Part shown: positions 51,647 to 51,746 of the stretch, in pieces
Numbering within the stretch: position 1 is the stretch's first letter
How the letters are laid out: each line of letters begins with the position of its first letter
NCBI GenBank assembly: GCA_029975745.1
Contig: JARKOL010000158.1
Coordinates: 1-51,746, forward strand
Length of the DNA stretch: 51,746 nt
DNA from: Myxococcota bacterium
GTDB taxonomy: Bacteria; Myxococcota_A; UBA9042; DTJE01
Direction: 5' to 3'
The notes under the pieces: generated by a model
What the model was told of the DNA's origin: nothing
Databases searched by the model: none
What the model saw: the letters and a program-made list of their open reading frames with translations, nothing else
Translations under genes and position numbers: made by a program

Positions 51647-51746
51647 ATGCGGACCCTTCGGATCCTCGCGGTGATTGGCGTCGTGCTGGCGGCTCTGGCC
51701 GTCGTCCTGATCGCCGCGACCGGGTTCTGGCTGAACCTGGCGGCGC
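51647..51746 (+). CDS. hypothetical membrane protein, N-terminal fragment (runs off the window)
   Basis: The ATG at 51647 gives MRTLRILAVIGVVLAALAVVLIAATGFWLNLAA, a positively charged N-terminus plus a TM helix. The style is AsmA-like, but the fragment is too short to call. Confidence 0.35.
   Translation, partial: MRTLRILAVIGVVLAALAVVLIAATGFWLNLAA

Noticed and set aside
1-51746. Search for CRISPR arrays, rRNA, tmRNA/SRP/RNase P RNAs, riboswitches, transposases, toxin-antitoxin pairs and known defence-system genes
   Set aside because: I saw no regularly spaced direct repeats, no recognisable structured-RNA signatures other than the one tRNA, and no mobile-element or defence hallmark proteins. 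The scan was by eye, so small ncRNAs could have been missed.

Overview
A 51.7-kb chromosomal segment, very GC-rich (about two-thirds G+C by eye, not computed). The gene content includes a Hanks kinase with a DUF4388-like tail, PEGA and Kelch envelope proteins, TSP3/LTD mosaic lipoproteins and pilMNOP. This suggests a Myxococcota-like (delta-proteobacteria sensu lato) organism, which is inference only. I call 43 CDS (2 truncated by the window edges), one tRNA-Arg(CCG) and about 17 sigma70-type promoter/operator candidates read directly from the DNA. Housekeeping genes: phoH2-type PIN-PhoH ATPase, acyl-CoA dehydrogenase, aminotransferase, pdxB, rne, serS, purA, pyrR-pyrB-pyrC', murJ, mazG, nadA, a lipoate-ligase-family gene, and a histidine kinase plus sigma54 activator pair. 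These are interleaved with envelope and signalling genes. I saw no rRNA, CRISPR array, transposase, integrase or phage genes. Because of the GC content, the ORF track is dominated by long shadow ORFs, including a 1439-aa antisense ORF across rne-serS-tRNA, and I rejected these. The best candidate for something undescribed is at 15.3-29.9 kb. A pilMNOP cassette ends in an FHA-TM-helical-repeat protein where the PilQ secretin is expected. It sits back-to-back with an operon encoding a triple-module Cys-rich lipoprotein, a Kelch lipoprotein, a PEGA membrane protein and a soluble Hanks kinase, next to a pseudo-receiver HD-GYP phosphodiesterase. Other notable points: a translationally coupled Zn-ribbon/pdxB/2xFHA/GT2 operon, a metal-ligand-deficient PyrC', a 1289-aa amidohydrolase-TSP3-LTD mosaic lipoprotein, and several promoters whose geometry predicts leaderless mRNAs, including a perfect 16-bp palindromic operator and fully overlapping divergent nadA/lplA-like promoters. 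All family calls come from motif recognition by eye, no database search was possible, and start codons are often uncertain.
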